Assembly (NCBI GenBank): GCA_964600125.1 | Contig: CAZRIK010000002.1 | Coordinates: 292-64,291, forward strand | Direction: 5' to 3' | DNA from: an uncultured Candidatus Bathyarchaeia archaeon | GTDB taxonomy: Archaea; Thermoproteota; Bathyarchaeia; Bathyarchaeales; DTEX01 | DNA: 64,000 nucleotides | In this document: positions 9,378-19,195 of the stretch, one piece after another | Position numbering within the stretch: the stretch's first letter is position 1 | Layout: each line of letters starts with the position of its first letter | Notes under the pieces: model-generated | Told to the model about the DNA's origin: nothing | The model's input: only the letters and a program-made list of their open reading frames with translations | Databases searched by the model: none | Made by a program: the position numbers and the translations under genes

Positions 9378-10031
9378 CTAAAGGGCGTTGTGTTCAACCT
9401 GCTTCGCTATTTCGTTCGCCATCTGGTAAGCGAGTCTTCCCGGCATCGTTATCAGGTACCGTCCCCGAGCCTTCTCCTGCACGACAAGCCCAGCCTTCTC
9501 AAGAACGTCCAAGTGGCTTGAAAGCGTGCTGGCTCCTATGTCTGGAATTTTTTCCTGAAGATCACTCGCATAACGTCCGCCAGAAACCAGTTCACCGAGA
9601 ATCGTGACTCTGTTTTCGTGCCCAAGGGCGTTCATCAAATCCGCCGCAGCTTTAGGATTAACCTTTACAGCTTCTCTTTCTGCAGGTTTTTCGGGGTTAA
9701 ATTTGAATTCGGGTTTAAATTTAAAATTGGAATATCCGCCTAAGGAGCGGTCGAGGTCCTTCATCACGTTGTCCATGACGCCTTCAACTAAGCCGCCAAT
9801 GTACTCACCGAGTCTGTCGCCGAAAGCGTCGAATTTCCAAGCGGCATCACTTGACTGGGTAGGCTGTTCTGTTTTCGGTTCCTCAACTTTTTCTGGTTGT
9901 TCCTCCCTTTTTGGTTCGAGCTGCTTAGAAAGCCCGTTTAATTGTTCTTTAAGCTTTTCCACTTGTTCTCTAAGATTTTTGATTTCTTCGTCGTCTTTTT
10001 TTCCGAACATAGAACTCAAATCCATTCGCAT
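9378..10031 (-). CDS. ArsR-family winged-helix regulator with a long coiled-coil / acidic N-terminal extension
   Basis: The C-terminal HENRVTILGELVSGGRYASDLQEKIPDIGASTLSSHLDVLEKAGLV segment is ArsR-like. It lies first in the operon with the ABC-2 exporter. Confidence 0.7.
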   Translation of the reverse strand: MRMDLSSMFGKKDDEEIKNLREQVEKLKEQLNGLSKQLEPKREEQPEKVEEPKTEQPTQSSDAAWKFDAFGDRLGEYIGGLVEGVMDNVMKDLDRSLGGYSNFKFKPEFKFNPEKPAEREAVKVNPKAAADLMNALGHENRVTILGELVSGGRYASDLQEKIPDIGASTLSSHLDVLEKAGLVVQEKARGRYLITMPGRLAYQMANEIAKQVEHNAL

Positions 10032-10188
10032 TGAATTAAATTAGTTTTTAATCAAACATAATTTGATGAAATACGAACTAATAAAGCTTTTGGTAAAAAC
10101 ATTTTTTTTATTTTAGGCTAACTGCTTAAAATGAATCGCAAAGAACTTCTTCATGCACGGAATTAATGGATAAAAGAAAAGAGGAAAA

Positions 10189-10473
10189 TTATCCACCATA
10201 TATTGCTGGCAGCAAAAGGACTAAGTCTCCATCTTTTAGGGTGGTTTTCAGTCCGTCAAGGGTTTGGACGTTCTGTCCGTTGAGAAGCACGGTAAGTTCT
10301 GGTTCGGTGCGGTCGAATCTAAACAGGGCTTCCTTTTGTACGGTTGCTGTTTTTTCCTTCAGCATAGACAGCAAATCGCCCATTGTGGCTTTGTCTGCGA
10401 GCTCGATGGCTCTTTCGGTTCCCAAACTGGCTGCAAGGCGCCCCAACGCTTTAACTTTTACCTTCACGGTCAA
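10189..10473 (-). CDS. MoaD/ThiS-family ubiquitin-like sulfur carrier or SAMP-like protein
   Basis: 94 aa ending in ...LLLPAIYGG (C-terminal di-glycine). It lies directly downstream of AOR. Confidence 0.7.
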   Translation of the reverse strand: MTVKVKVKALGRLAASLGTERAIELADKATMGDLLSMLKEKTATVQKEALFRFDRTEPELTVLLNGQNVQTLDGLKTTLKDGDLVLLLPAIYGG

Positions 10474-10547
10474 CCACTTTTCGGATGATGGCTATTCCTG
10501 ACCTTCCAATAAAGTGACTCCATAATAAAAAGGGAGGAAGGGGAAGT

Positions 10548-12398
10548 TTATTTTCTTAGCTTCTCCATTTCTTTGTCGACGTCGTCTAGCCCGAGCTTCC
10601 TGAGGACTTCTGATTTGGGTACGCCGTTTTTGTCCCATCCGATGGCTTTGTAGAACTGCTTCTTTTGTTTTGCAACCTCTTTCCTGTCGGTTGTCTTGCC
10701 CTTGTAAGGTCCCGAAGGCAGCGGCTCGTAGTACCTTTGTGGGTTATCGTCGTGGACAGCAGGGTCCCAAACGATGTCAGGTCCCCCGAGAAGAAGAGCT
10801 GCCCTCTGAATGTGCATTATCCTGTGTCCCAGCACTCTGTTCCACTCGTCTTGGGTTGTTGTCCAGCCTGTGATTGCGCGGTAGTAGTCCCAGAGGAGCT
10901 CCCAGTCTAGGACGAAGCTGCAGACGACGGCTGAGTCGTAGAACACTGACCCCATGTCGCCGTAGGCGTCGTGAACCCCGGAGGTGTGGTCCCCACACTG
11001 TGGCGAACAGGCGTAGCCGATGGGGTTATAGTCCTGTCCGCTTCGGGTCCCGTGGGCTCCGATCTCCACGCCTTTGACATGAACCGCGTACTTCGTGACG
11101 TCGACTCCCTTCATCTCAGAAATCTTCAAAGCCGCCCTGTAGGTTCCCTCAGCAAGCACGTCGCCGATGCCTTCCCGCTTGACGATTTTTCTCGCCAGCT
11201 TCTCGAACGCTTCAACGTCCCCCCACTTCAACTTGAACCCAATGTCCTTCTCCGTCAAAATGCCTCTCTGGTAGAGCTCCGCGGCGAAGGCGAAAGTATT
11301 AGGACCGTTGATGCCCGAATAACCCAAGTAATCCATGAGCGCCGCCAAGTAGATGCACTTGGCTGGGTCGAAGATTCCGAGGTTCGGTCCGCAGTAAGCC
11401 TGCAACTCGTAGTCAGGGTCGTCAGTGAAGGTTCCCTTGTAGGGTCCAGTCTTGATGACGGAGAGCTTCATGCAGCAGCTAGCGCAGTTGAAGTCGCTCC
11501 ACAACCGTTTCACCCAAAACTTGTAATCGAATTTCGGTCCACCAAACCCTTTCTCGTCGTGCCATTCTTCCTGCCAGTTCCTAATAGGCTCAGAGCTGCT
11601 TTCCGCTCCAGTCGTGTAGCCCGCGTAACCAGTCCCATGAACGGTCGGCCATTCGCGTTCCCTGTTGCAGAGCCTCTTGTCAACCTCTCTCCACAGAAGC
11701 CTCACGGAGCCTGGGCTTGCCACGTCAGGAAGCGGTTTCCTTCCCTTAGCCACGATCGCCTTAAGGTTCTTCGAACCCATAACAGCCCCGTAGCCGCCGT
11801 AGCCCGCGGCGTGGCTAATCTTCTGAAGCACAGCCGCCGTCCTAACTCGGTTTTCGCCAGCTGGTCCACAGTATATCATTCCAGGCTCTTTCCACAAGCC
11901 GACCTTCGGGTACCTTCTTGCGAGTTCTTCCCTGACTTCCTTGTTCATAATTCTGATCGTGGCGGGAGATTCGATGCCCCAAACGTTTTTGGCGTCCCTA
12001 ATTTCGGCTTTGTCGTCTGTGACGAGGATGTAGACTGGCTTTTCAGCCTTCCCTGAAACGATGACGCCGTCGTATCCCGCGCACTTCAGTTCTGAGGGGA
12101 ACTCGCCGCTGCACGTGGAGCCAATTATGCCGTTGCACTGAGGCGACTTTCCCGTAATGCAGACCCGTGCTCCCGGATAAATCGCCGTCATCGGACCCAA
12201 CATTGCCATGAACAGGTTTTCGGGTCCAAGCGGGTCCACTTTCCGCCATTTTTTACCAAGCCTGTCCCAGAGGATTCTTGCTGCGAGCCCTCTTCCTCCA
12301 ACGTAGTTCATGAGGACCTCGTCGCTGAACGTGATGTCTTTGATTTTGTCGTTCGACAGGTCGATGTCTAGAAACTTTCCAGCGTAACCTCTCGGCAC
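10548..12398 (-). CDS. aor: aldehyde:ferredoxin oxidoreductase (tungsto/molybdopterin AOR family)
   Basis: 616 aa. The N-terminal MPRGYAGKFLDIDLS...GGRGLAARILW segment is typical of the AOR family, and the length is typical. Confidence 0.9.
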   Translation of the reverse strand: MPRGYAGKFLDIDLSNDKIKDITFSDEVLMNYVGGRGLAARILWDRLGKKWRKVDPLGPENLFMAMLGPMTAIYPGARVCITGKSPQCNGIIGSTCSGEFPSELKCAGYDGVIVSGKAEKPVYILVTDDKAEIRDAKNVWGIESPATIRIMNKEVREELARRYPKVGLWKEPGMIYCGPAGENRVRTAAVLQKISHAAGYGGYGAVMGSKNLKAIVAKGRKPLPDVASPGSVRLLWREVDKRLCNREREWPTVHGTGYAGYTTGAESSSEPIRNWQEEWHDEKGFGGPKFDYKFWVKRLWSDFNCASCCMKLSVIKTGPYKGTFTDDPDYELQAYCGPNLGIFDPAKCIYLAALMDYLGYSGINGPNTFAFAAELYQRGILTEKDIGFKLKWGDVEAFEKLARKIVKREGIGDVLAEGTYRAALKISEMKGVDVTKYAVHVKGVEIGAHGTRSGQDYNPIGYACSPQCGDHTSGVHDAYGDMGSVFYDSAVVCSFVLDWELLWDYYRAITGWTTTQDEWNRVLGHRIMHIQRAALLLGGPDIVWDPAVHDDNPQRYYEPLPSGPYKGKTTDRKEVAKQKKQFYKAIGWDKNGVPKSEVLRKLGLDDVDKEMEKLRK

Positions 12399-12941
12399 CT
12401 ATATCAGCTCCTTCGCTTTTTCTCCGAAAATGTTTTCCGCGATGTCCTTGGTTAATTCTTCAGGCGTCTGGGCGAAGAGTTTCCTGGTCAAGTTTTTACC
12501 CATCCACTCCTTCCGTTGCCTGAGCAGCCAGAGGGCGTCGAACCTTGCTTCGCGGCAAACCTTGACGCATTCGGGGTCTCCGCCGCAAAGGTCGCATATC
12601 GTCGCCTTGTTGTCGCCGGGGTGGAGGAAGGGAATTGTGCCGGGGCAGGCGTCTATGCATTTTCCGCAGCTTACGCATTTTTCTCTGTCAACCTTGACCG
12701 CTAATGTACTATCGTCAACCGACAGCGCTTTGACTGGGCACGAAGCGACGCATGGGTAGTCGTGGCATTGGCTGCAAAGGTGGGGCACTTCAGCTCCGGG
12801 GAAAAGCATGAAGACCCTTATCCTCGAGGCTTCAGGCCACATTTTCCCCTCGTGGTGCAGTGAACAGGCGAGCTCGCATCTTCGGCATCCGCTGCATCGT
12901 AGAAGGTCCCTGAAAATCCAAACGACTTCTTCTTTGCTCAT
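12399..12941 (-). CDS. 4Fe-4S dicluster ferredoxin-like electron-transfer subunit
   Basis: 180 aa with several CxxCxxCxxxC(P) motifs (CSGCRRCELAC, CVSCGKCIDACP, CDLCGG..C). Its stop abuts the AOR start. Confidence 0.8.
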   Translation of the reverse strand: MSKEEVVWIFRDLLRCSGCRRCELACSLHHEGKMWPEASRIRVFMLFPGAEVPHLCSQCHDYPCVASCPVKALSVDDSTLAVKVDREKCVSCGKCIDACPGTIPFLHPGDNKATICDLCGGDPECVKVCREARFDALWLLRQRKEWMGKNLTRKLFAQTPEELTKDIAENIFGEKAKELI

Positions 12942-13059
12942 TTTTCATCTTGGAGAAATAGATATACACAAGCAAATATAAAACATTTCATGAATTCTTA
13001 GGATAAATAAAGTCATACCGAAAAAACGAACGGTTTTTTATACCCTGAAGACGTAGATT

Positions 13060-14469
13060 TTGCTTGGTGAGCTACGGTTGAGGGATCTGCTAGGGTCAGT
13101 TGTCCAAAAAGGAGTAAAGGCTGGGGCAAGGTTCTGCGAAGCAAGGTTCTTCGAGGAAAGAACGAAATTCATTTCCGTCGAAAACGGCGTTGCGAAGTCA
13201 ATGTCCTCAGGCATCCTGCACGGAGTCGGAATCAGGGTCATAGTTGACGGGAAATGGGGGTTCGCGTCGACAAACGTGTCCACAAAACAAAGCGTCGAGA
13301 AGGCTCTAACGGACGCCATAGGAGGAGCAAAATCCATATCGGCACAATCAGGGGAAGAAGCAAAAATCGTGGACCAAAAGCCCGCTATGGACACCGTTGT
13401 TCACAAACCTAAGATAAATCCCGAGGACGTAAGCGAGGAAGAAAAAGTCAAAAGGATGCTGGAAATCGAGAAAGCTGCCCGAACATTCAGCGAAAAAGTG
13501 AAAGACACGTTCGTGAGCTACAGGGAAGTACTGACGAAGGTGGTAACCCATAATTCGTTCGGAACCATGATTGAGGAGACGACGCCCAGAACCCACGTCT
13601 ACTGCAGCGTAATCTCGAAAGAAGGCGAAAACATGCAAACCGGGTTCGAAACGGTCGGAAACGTCGCAGGCTACGAGATTGTTAACGCCATCCAGGTTGA
13701 ACAGTTCTCCGAGAAGGCAGCTAAGACCGCTGTCAAACTTCTTGACGCTCATCCTCCTCCCAGAGGAACGTTCACGGTGGTCGTTGACCCAGAAGTAGGC
13801 GGACTCTTCGTCCACGAAGCCTTCGGACACAACAGCGAAGGCGACCTAGTCTTCGGAGGGCAATCCATAATCTCCGGCAAGATGAGGCAGAAGGTGGCAA
13901 GCGACCTCGTCTCGGTTTTGGACGACCCGACAGTTCCCAAGAATGGCTGTTTCGTCTACGACCACGAGGGAACCAAGGCTGAGCCGCACCTTATTATTGA
14001 CAAGGGAACCCTAGTCGGCTACCTTCACTCTTTGGAGTCAGCCGCGAAGCTAGGCGGCAAACCTCAGGGCAGCGCCCGCGCCCAAAACCAGCATTTTCCG
14101 CCCATCATACGGATGTCGAACACGTACTTCGCGGCGGGAGACATGACGTTGGAGGAGCTCCTTGAGGACATAGAAATGGGGGTCTACTTGGCTGGGTCAC
14201 AGTACGGCTACGTGGAAACCCAGAAGGGCCAGTTCACGTGCAAGGTGGAGCAGGGGTGGCTCATAGAAAAGGGAGAATTAACGGAGCACCTCAGAGACGT
14301 AGCCATCAACGGTCTCACCTTGGACGCGCTCAAGAACGTCACAGCGGTCGCCAAAGACTTGAGGATTGAGATGCCGGGAACGTGCGGGAAAGGCGGGCAA
14401 GGCATGTACGTTGACGCGGGTTCGCCGCACATCAGGTTTGAGGACATAGTCGTTGGAGGAAGAAGGTGA
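13060..14469 (+). CDS. tldD: TldD-family metalloprotease
   Basis: HEAFGH (HExxxH) motif with TldD-like length. It overlaps the PmbA gene by 4 nt. The true start may be a TTG a few codons in. Confidence 0.85.
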   Translation: MLGELRLRDLLGSVVQKGVKAGARFCEARFFEERTKFISVENGVAKSMSSGILHGVGIRVIVDGKWGFASTNVSTKQSVEKALTDAIGGAKSISAQSGEEAKIVDQKPAMDTVVHKPKINPEDVSEEEKVKRMLEIEKAARTFSEKVKDTFVSYREVLTKVVTHNSFGTMIEETTPRTHVYCSVISKEGENMQTGFETVGNVAGYEIVNAIQVEQFSEKAAKTAVKLLDAHPPPRGTFTVVVDPEVGGLFVHEAFGHNSEGDLVFGGQSIISGKMRQKVASDLVSVLDDPTVPKNGCFVYDHEGTKAEPHLIIDKGTLVGYLHSLESAAKLGGKPQGSARAQNQHFPPIIRMSNTYFAAGDMTLEELLEDIEMGVYLAGSQYGYVETQKGQFTCKVEQGWLIEKGELTEHLRDVAINGLTLDALKNVTAVAKDLRIEMPGTCGKGGQGMYVDAGSPHIRFEDIVVGGRR

Positions 14470-15818
14470 CAAGCATGGAAAAGGTTGACATAGTAACGCC
14501 GGTTGAAAAAGCGGCGAAGCTGCTTTCAAGATTAGGTCTCGACTTTTTCGACATCTACGCAGCCTACTCGCACTCGTTGAGCATCGGAATTCTGGGCAAA
14601 GGAATAAACGAATCCATGTCCCGAACCGACTTGGGACTAGGCGTCAGAGCCTACAAAAACAGGGGGCTCGGCGTCGCCTTCTCCCAGAGCTTAAAAGCTG
14701 ACGACGTTGAAACCACGGTTCGCCGAGCTGCCAAATTCGCTGCGGTTACTCAGCCTGACCCCTACTTTAAGGGCATGCCGGGTCCTTCGAAAGCAGCAAA
14801 GGTCGCTGGGCTCTGCGACTCCGAGATTGTTGCTCTCACGTTAGAAGAAACCGCGGTGCTGACCAAGAGCATGATTGGGGCTGTGGAGGACGTTCGAAAA
14901 GGAGCCATGTACGCTGGGGGGTTAGGCGCTGGGCACATGAAAGGGTACTTGATGACCTCAACAGGGGTGTCGATTGAGCCCGAAAGGACATCCATTTCGG
15001 CAAGCATAATGCCCACGTACAGAGAAGGCGACGACGTTGGGAGCTCACACGAGTTTGACTACGCAATATCTCTTGAAGAAATGGACTTCGAAAAAATCGG
15101 CAAAAAAGCAGCCGAAAAAGCCGTCGAACAGTTCGGTTCGAAACGGTCAGAAAGCGGGACCCTGCCGATCATCCTCACGCCTGAATCGACGGCTTCGCTG
15201 GTCTTCGGTCTGCTGGGCGCCATTTCAGGGGAGCCTGTCGCCAAGGGAAGAACGTTCGCTTCGGGCTGCCTCGGAAAACAGGTTGCGCCGTCCACGTTTG
15301 GGGTTGTTGATGACGGCACGATTCCGGGCGCGATTGCCAGCGGAGCCTTTGACGGCGAGGGCGTGCCTAGGAGACGGGTCGAAGTGGTGGGCGGAGGCGT
15401 TGTGAAATCTTTTCTGCACAACTACTATTCGGCTGGAATCATGGGGGTCGAAACAACGGGGCATGCGGCGAGAGGAGGCTACGGCGGCTACGTGGGGACG
15501 GGACCGACGAACGTTCAGGTCAAACCCGGAGACAGCACAATGGACGAGATGGTTGCGGAGACGAAGAAGGGAATTTTTGCTGCAAACGTGGGATTTACGC
15601 CGAACATGGTTTCAGGCGAGTTCTCCTGCACAATAGACGAGGGCTTCCTCGTTGAAGATGGAGAAAAAAGGCATCCGGTCAAAAACCTTATGGCGGGCGG
15701 ACACGTGCTGGAACTGTTCATAGACATTGACCTTATATCTAAAGAAGGGCGAACTTTGGGAAAAGGGCTCTTCTTCCCCTACGTGAAGATAAAAGAAGTT
15801 AAACTCGCAGGCAAATGA
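14466..15818 (+). CDS. pmbA: PmbA/TldE-family protease partner
   Basis: 450-aa paralog of the upstream TldD without an HExxxH motif. This is the classical TldD/PmbA pair. Confidence 0.8.
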   Translation: MTSMEKVDIVTPVEKAAKLLSRLGLDFFDIYAAYSHSLSIGILGKGINESMSRTDLGLGVRAYKNRGLGVAFSQSLKADDVETTVRRAAKFAAVTQPDPYFKGMPGPSKAAKVAGLCDSEIVALTLEETAVLTKSMIGAVEDVRKGAMYAGGLGAGHMKGYLMTSTGVSIEPERTSISASIMPTYREGDDVGSSHEFDYAISLEEMDFEKIGKKAAEKAVEQFGSKRSESGTLPIILTPESTASLVFGLLGAISGEPVAKGRTFASGCLGKQVAPSTFGVVDDGTIPGAIASGAFDGEGVPRRRVEVVGGGVVKSFLHNYYSAGIMGVETTGHAARGGYGGYVGTGPTNVQVKPGDSTMDEMVAETKKGIFAANVGFTPNMVSGEFSCTIDEGFLVEDGEKRHPVKNLMAGGHVLELFIDIDLISKEGRTLGKGLFFPYVKIKEVKLAGK

Positions 15819-15930
15819 TGTCTCCAAGAAAGTCAGTAAAAACTAAATACCCGAAATCAAGACGCTTCATTACGGAATTTAAGAAGATTTAGCTTCGTGC
15901 ATAGATAGTCTGATGCAATTATGTTGAGGT

Positions 15931-16701
15931 TTAAGGTTTTTCTGCTTTGACCATGAATAGCCTTTGGGTGAATGTTAGTTTTTCTTCCTTCTCTATCCTT
16001 TCCTGCAGCCTCAAAAGTTGTTCAAAATGTGTTTCAACAGTGAAACCTGGCACAATCCACGGTACAGCCTTAAGAAAATACACCAGCGCTCCGACGTCCG
16101 TGAAGAAGGTTTTTCCTTCCCATTCTCGGGCGTCAACCATCACGAGTTCTGTTGACTTGATTGCGTTAAGTGCGAAATCTAGGGTAAAGAAAAACCATTT
16201 TGGCTTACAATTAAAATCTTGACGAAGGTCCTCAAGGTCTCTTCCGTCAACCTGCTCTGTAAGGAAGAATCCGTGAGACTTCAGAACCCTAGCTACTTCT
16301 GAGGCATTGTAGGCTGAATGTCGGTTAATTACTAAGCCAAACTCGCCGTTGGCAAAGGGCAGTTTTTCTTTCAAAGATGAGGGTTCAGTTTGGACAACTT
16401 CGACGCCGTATGGTGAAAGCCTTTTGCGAGCCAACACGTAGTTAGGCGGGAATCCCTCTGTAGCAGCTACCCGTTTCGGGAAGTAGTCTTTCATCGCCAG
16501 CAGCTTTTCGCCGCCTCCTGTTCCAAGGTCCAGAACAGCCTTGGATGACAGCATAAGGTTTTTAGCCAATTCCATGTAGGACCATGGCGGCTTCTCCTCC
16601 ACGCATCTTTCTGCAATATAGGAGAAGTCCCAGCCGACGAAAGGTTCGGACTCTTCCTTCTTCCATTGCTGAAATAGGGCGTTGGTTTCCTTGTGGTTCA
16701 T
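15931..16701 (-). CDS. class I SAM-dependent methyltransferase
   Basis: Motif I VLDLGTGGGEKL. 256 aa. Confidence 0.75.
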   Translation of the reverse strand: MNHKETNALFQQWKKEESEPFVGWDFSYIAERCVEEKPPWSYMELAKNLMLSSKAVLDLGTGGGEKLLAMKDYFPKRVAATEGFPPNYVLARKRLSPYGVEVVQTEPSSLKEKLPFANGEFGLVINRHSAYNASEVARVLKSHGFFLTEQVDGRDLEDLRQDFNCKPKWFFFTLDFALNAIKSTELVMVDAREWEGKTFFTDVGALVYFLKAVPWIVPGFTVETHFEQLLRLQERIEKEEKLTFTQRLFMVKAEKP

Positions 16702-16814
16702 GGTTCAGTTTCCCGACCTTAACCTAAATGAAGACTATTCTATATAAAAAATTCATAACAATCTTCAGACGCGACTAACCCTTCGTGTTCTATTTTTTGG
16801 ACAGACTGTTCTGA

Positions 16815-17909
16815 TTGTTGGTTTTATACCGCCTGCTTCTATATTTATTTGGCATGAATACGATGAATCCAAAGATAATTTCAGCATTAATCGTCGCCGT
16901 CGTCATATTTTCAGCGGGAGCAACCATAGCTTTAACTGGCATCACGCCCATGTCCGAAAACCCCGTAGTCTGCCCCGAAGGCGCCCACGATATAACTGGA
17001 GCTTACGTTTTGACGCCTGTCGGGTCGAGGAGCGAAAACTTCCTGTGGAGGTGCCTCCGTTGTGGCTACTCTTGGACGCAAAGTTACGCGGAGGACGTTT
17101 ATGTGGCTTGGCGGGACTCTTTCTTGGAGCCAGCCTTTGTCCGAGACTACACGCTGCTTTATTTGAGGGCGGTTTTGGAGCTGAAGGTTCCCGATTCTTT
17201 GACGTTGAACTGGACTGGCGGCAGAGTGACGCCCTTGGACTTGTTGGGCTACGAAACCTATGTCTACGAGTCTGACGACCTGACTGTGACGGTGGGCTAC
17301 CCCGTTGTCCTGCCCGAGAACACGGAATACACTATTACCGTTGAAATGGACGGCGCAACCGTCTGGAAAGGGACGCTTCTCCGCCGAAAGTTCGAGTCGA
17401 GCTTGCCTTTTTATGGTGAGCCTGAGACCGCTTACGACTATTACGGCGGAGTCGGAGTCTTCGAGAGAGGCATCCACGTGATCGTCACCGACCAAGACCC
17501 ATCGCTGCCCACGGACGAGGCGGTCGGCGGTCACTGGTGGATGCTTAAGGAACACGAAGCGACGACCGCTTCCACCGAGGACTTCGTCAGCTTAGTTGTG
17601 TCCCGAGGCGACTACCCGACCGGAGGATTCACAATACAGGTCAAAAAGTTCAGCTGGCTGGAATCCTACCCGGTTAAGCTCAGGTTCGAGGTGAACTTCA
17701 CGGACCCAGGCGAAGGCGTAGCCGTCACCGAGGCACTCACTAATCCGCTGGTCCTTATCCCCCTCGGCACACTTGACCCCGGAGAATACGAGGTTCAGGT
17801 CCACGTGGACACCTACATCCTCACCTACGACGCGAACGGGAAACCAGTCTACACCCAAATACTGACGTTCAGAGAGGAACTCTGGACCCTAAAATTCACA
17901 GTTCAATAA
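16815..17909 (+). CDS. membrane-anchored secreted protein, possible PrcB-like C-terminal domain
   Basis: It has an N-terminal TM segment (IISALIVAVVIFSAGATIAL); the likely start is ATG 16854. A Cys pair (CPEG...CLRCG) is present. The C-terminal GGFTIQVKKFSW...LVLIPLG segment is reminiscent of PrcB_C. Confidence 0.45.
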   Translation: MLVLYRLLLYLFGMNTMNPKIISALIVAVVIFSAGATIALTGITPMSENPVVCPEGAHDITGAYVLTPVGSRSENFLWRCLRCGYSWTQSYAEDVYVAWRDSFLEPAFVRDYTLLYLRAVLELKVPDSLTLNWTGGRVTPLDLLGYETYVYESDDLTVTVGYPVVLPENTEYTITVEMDGATVWKGTLLRRKFESSLPFYGEPETAYDYYGGVGVFERGIHVIVTDQDPSLPTDEAVGGHWWMLKEHEATTASTEDFVSLVVSRGDYPTGGFTIQVKKFSWLESYPVKLRFEVNFTDPGEGVAVTEALTNPLVLIPLGTLDPGEYEVQVHVDTYILTYDANGKPVYTQILTFREELWTLKFTVQ

Positions 17910-19109
17910 ATGTGTAATAATATGTTCCAAAACGTAGAGTTATTACGTTTAAAGCACAATTGGTCATGGTGGGAATCAGCCTTGAGAAAGGGAAAGCTAT
18001 CTCGGAGTCTCCTTTTAGCTTTAGTTTTCGCGCTTTTCTTGCCATCCATTTCTATAAGTCATGCAGATATGGGAATGGTGCCTGTTGGACCCAGCGTCTC
18101 AGTTTATGAACCTGGCCAGAAAGCTATTGTAGCTTGGAACGGGCAAGAGGAGACACTCATACTTTCCACCGATGTAAACGCAGTGAATGAGACATGGGTT
18201 CTTCAAATAATGCCTCTTCCCTCAAACCCGAAAAAGATAGAGAAAGCTAGCTTTGAATCTTTCGTCGCAATTCAGGACCTACTTGTGACGAATGCTCGAG
18301 TAGTTTTAGGGGATAACTATTTATCTGAAAGCACCAAGAGCGTAGAGATTACGTTCCACGAAAGAATAGGAGCCCACGATATTACAGTCGTCAAAGCAGC
18401 CAACACCTCGGAACTTATGTCTTGGGCTGAAGACTTCTTGGAATCCAACAATGTTACTCAAGATTTTTCGCTGGAAAATTTCGAAACCGTAATCGAAGAG
18501 TATATGGCTCGGGGTTTCCGTTTCTTTGCCCTCGACATAATCCAATTGTCAGCTGACCAGAAGAGCGTTGAGCCTATTCTATACCAGTTTGAGACCAGCT
18601 TCCTCTACTACCCACTGAAGATTTCATCCCCAATCTCCGGGAACACCAAGATAACTCTCTTCCTGCTGACCAACGGCAAAATTGAAAGTAACTTTTTTTC
18701 CTCTTCATATCCGATTTATTTATTTACACGAGCATATTACCAAGGCCTCAGCCAATGGGAGCCAATCGAGCTCAATTTGACAAAAGGTCAGCTGAGCATA
18801 ATCGACCTCAGGCTGGGTGAATTTTTCTCGAACGGCGCATGCCTAACCGTTGTAAATTATGAAGGCCCTCTGAGCTGGCTAACAAAAGATTTTATGATTT
18901 CTGAAACATCAATAATGACTAACCAAAAACCAGAGACCCCCAGCCAAGATAATTCGACTGACTCACAATTAAACGCCGCCTACTTCTTTCTAGCCGGCAT
19001 CATTGCGGGCGCAGCTTACCTGCTGGCCGGCGCAGCATTCATAATCGGGGTAATACGCATGATACAACGTACCAAGAATTTTGGCACGTCTCACATGAAA
19101 GGCAATTAG
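17910..19109 (+). CDS. secreted protein with C-terminal TM anchor, DUF2330-like N-terminal pattern
   Basis: It has a signal peptide (...LPSISISHA), then VSVYEPGQKAIVAWNGQEETLILSTDV...VLQIMPLPSNP, and a C-terminal hydrophobic anchor. The start abuts the upstream gene's stop. Confidence 0.45.
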   Translation: MCNNMFQNVELLRLKHNWSWWESALRKGKLSRSLLLALVFALFLPSISISHADMGMVPVGPSVSVYEPGQKAIVAWNGQEETLILSTDVNAVNETWVLQIMPLPSNPKKIEKASFESFVAIQDLLVTNARVVLGDNYLSESTKSVEITFHERIGAHDITVVKAANTSELMSWAEDFLESNNVTQDFSLENFETVIEEYMARGFRFFALDIIQLSADQKSVEPILYQFETSFLYYPLKISSPISGNTKITLFLLTNGKIESNFFSSSYPIYLFTRAYYQGLSQWEPIELNLTKGQLSIIDLRLGEFFSNGACLTVVNYEGPLSWLTKDFMISETSIMTNQKPETPSQDNSTDSQLNAAYFFLAGIIAGAAYLLAGAAFIIGVIRMIQRTKNFGTSHMKGN

Positions 19110-19195
19110 ACGCAGAAGTCCTCTGGTACTTTTTATGTTTTTTATAGGTTTTATGTGCTGTCGAAACCGTTTGTTTCATCTATGAGAGCATCCTT

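Noticed and set aside
10060-10130. Possible C/D-box sRNA (ttgatga at about 10063) in the ArsR-MoaD intergenic region. A similar atgatgt...ctgatg occurs at 15820-15925.
   Set aside because: There is no properly spaced D box (CTGA) or C'/D' pair within 50-70 nt. The elements are too far apart or imperfect.
10971-12056. 361-aa plus-strand ORF antisense to AOR, plus several shorter ones at 10.6-12.3 kb
   Set aside because: AOR on the minus strand is unambiguous. The antisense ORF is Arg/Pro/Ser/Val-rich, typical of a shadow ORF in GC-richer coding DNA.
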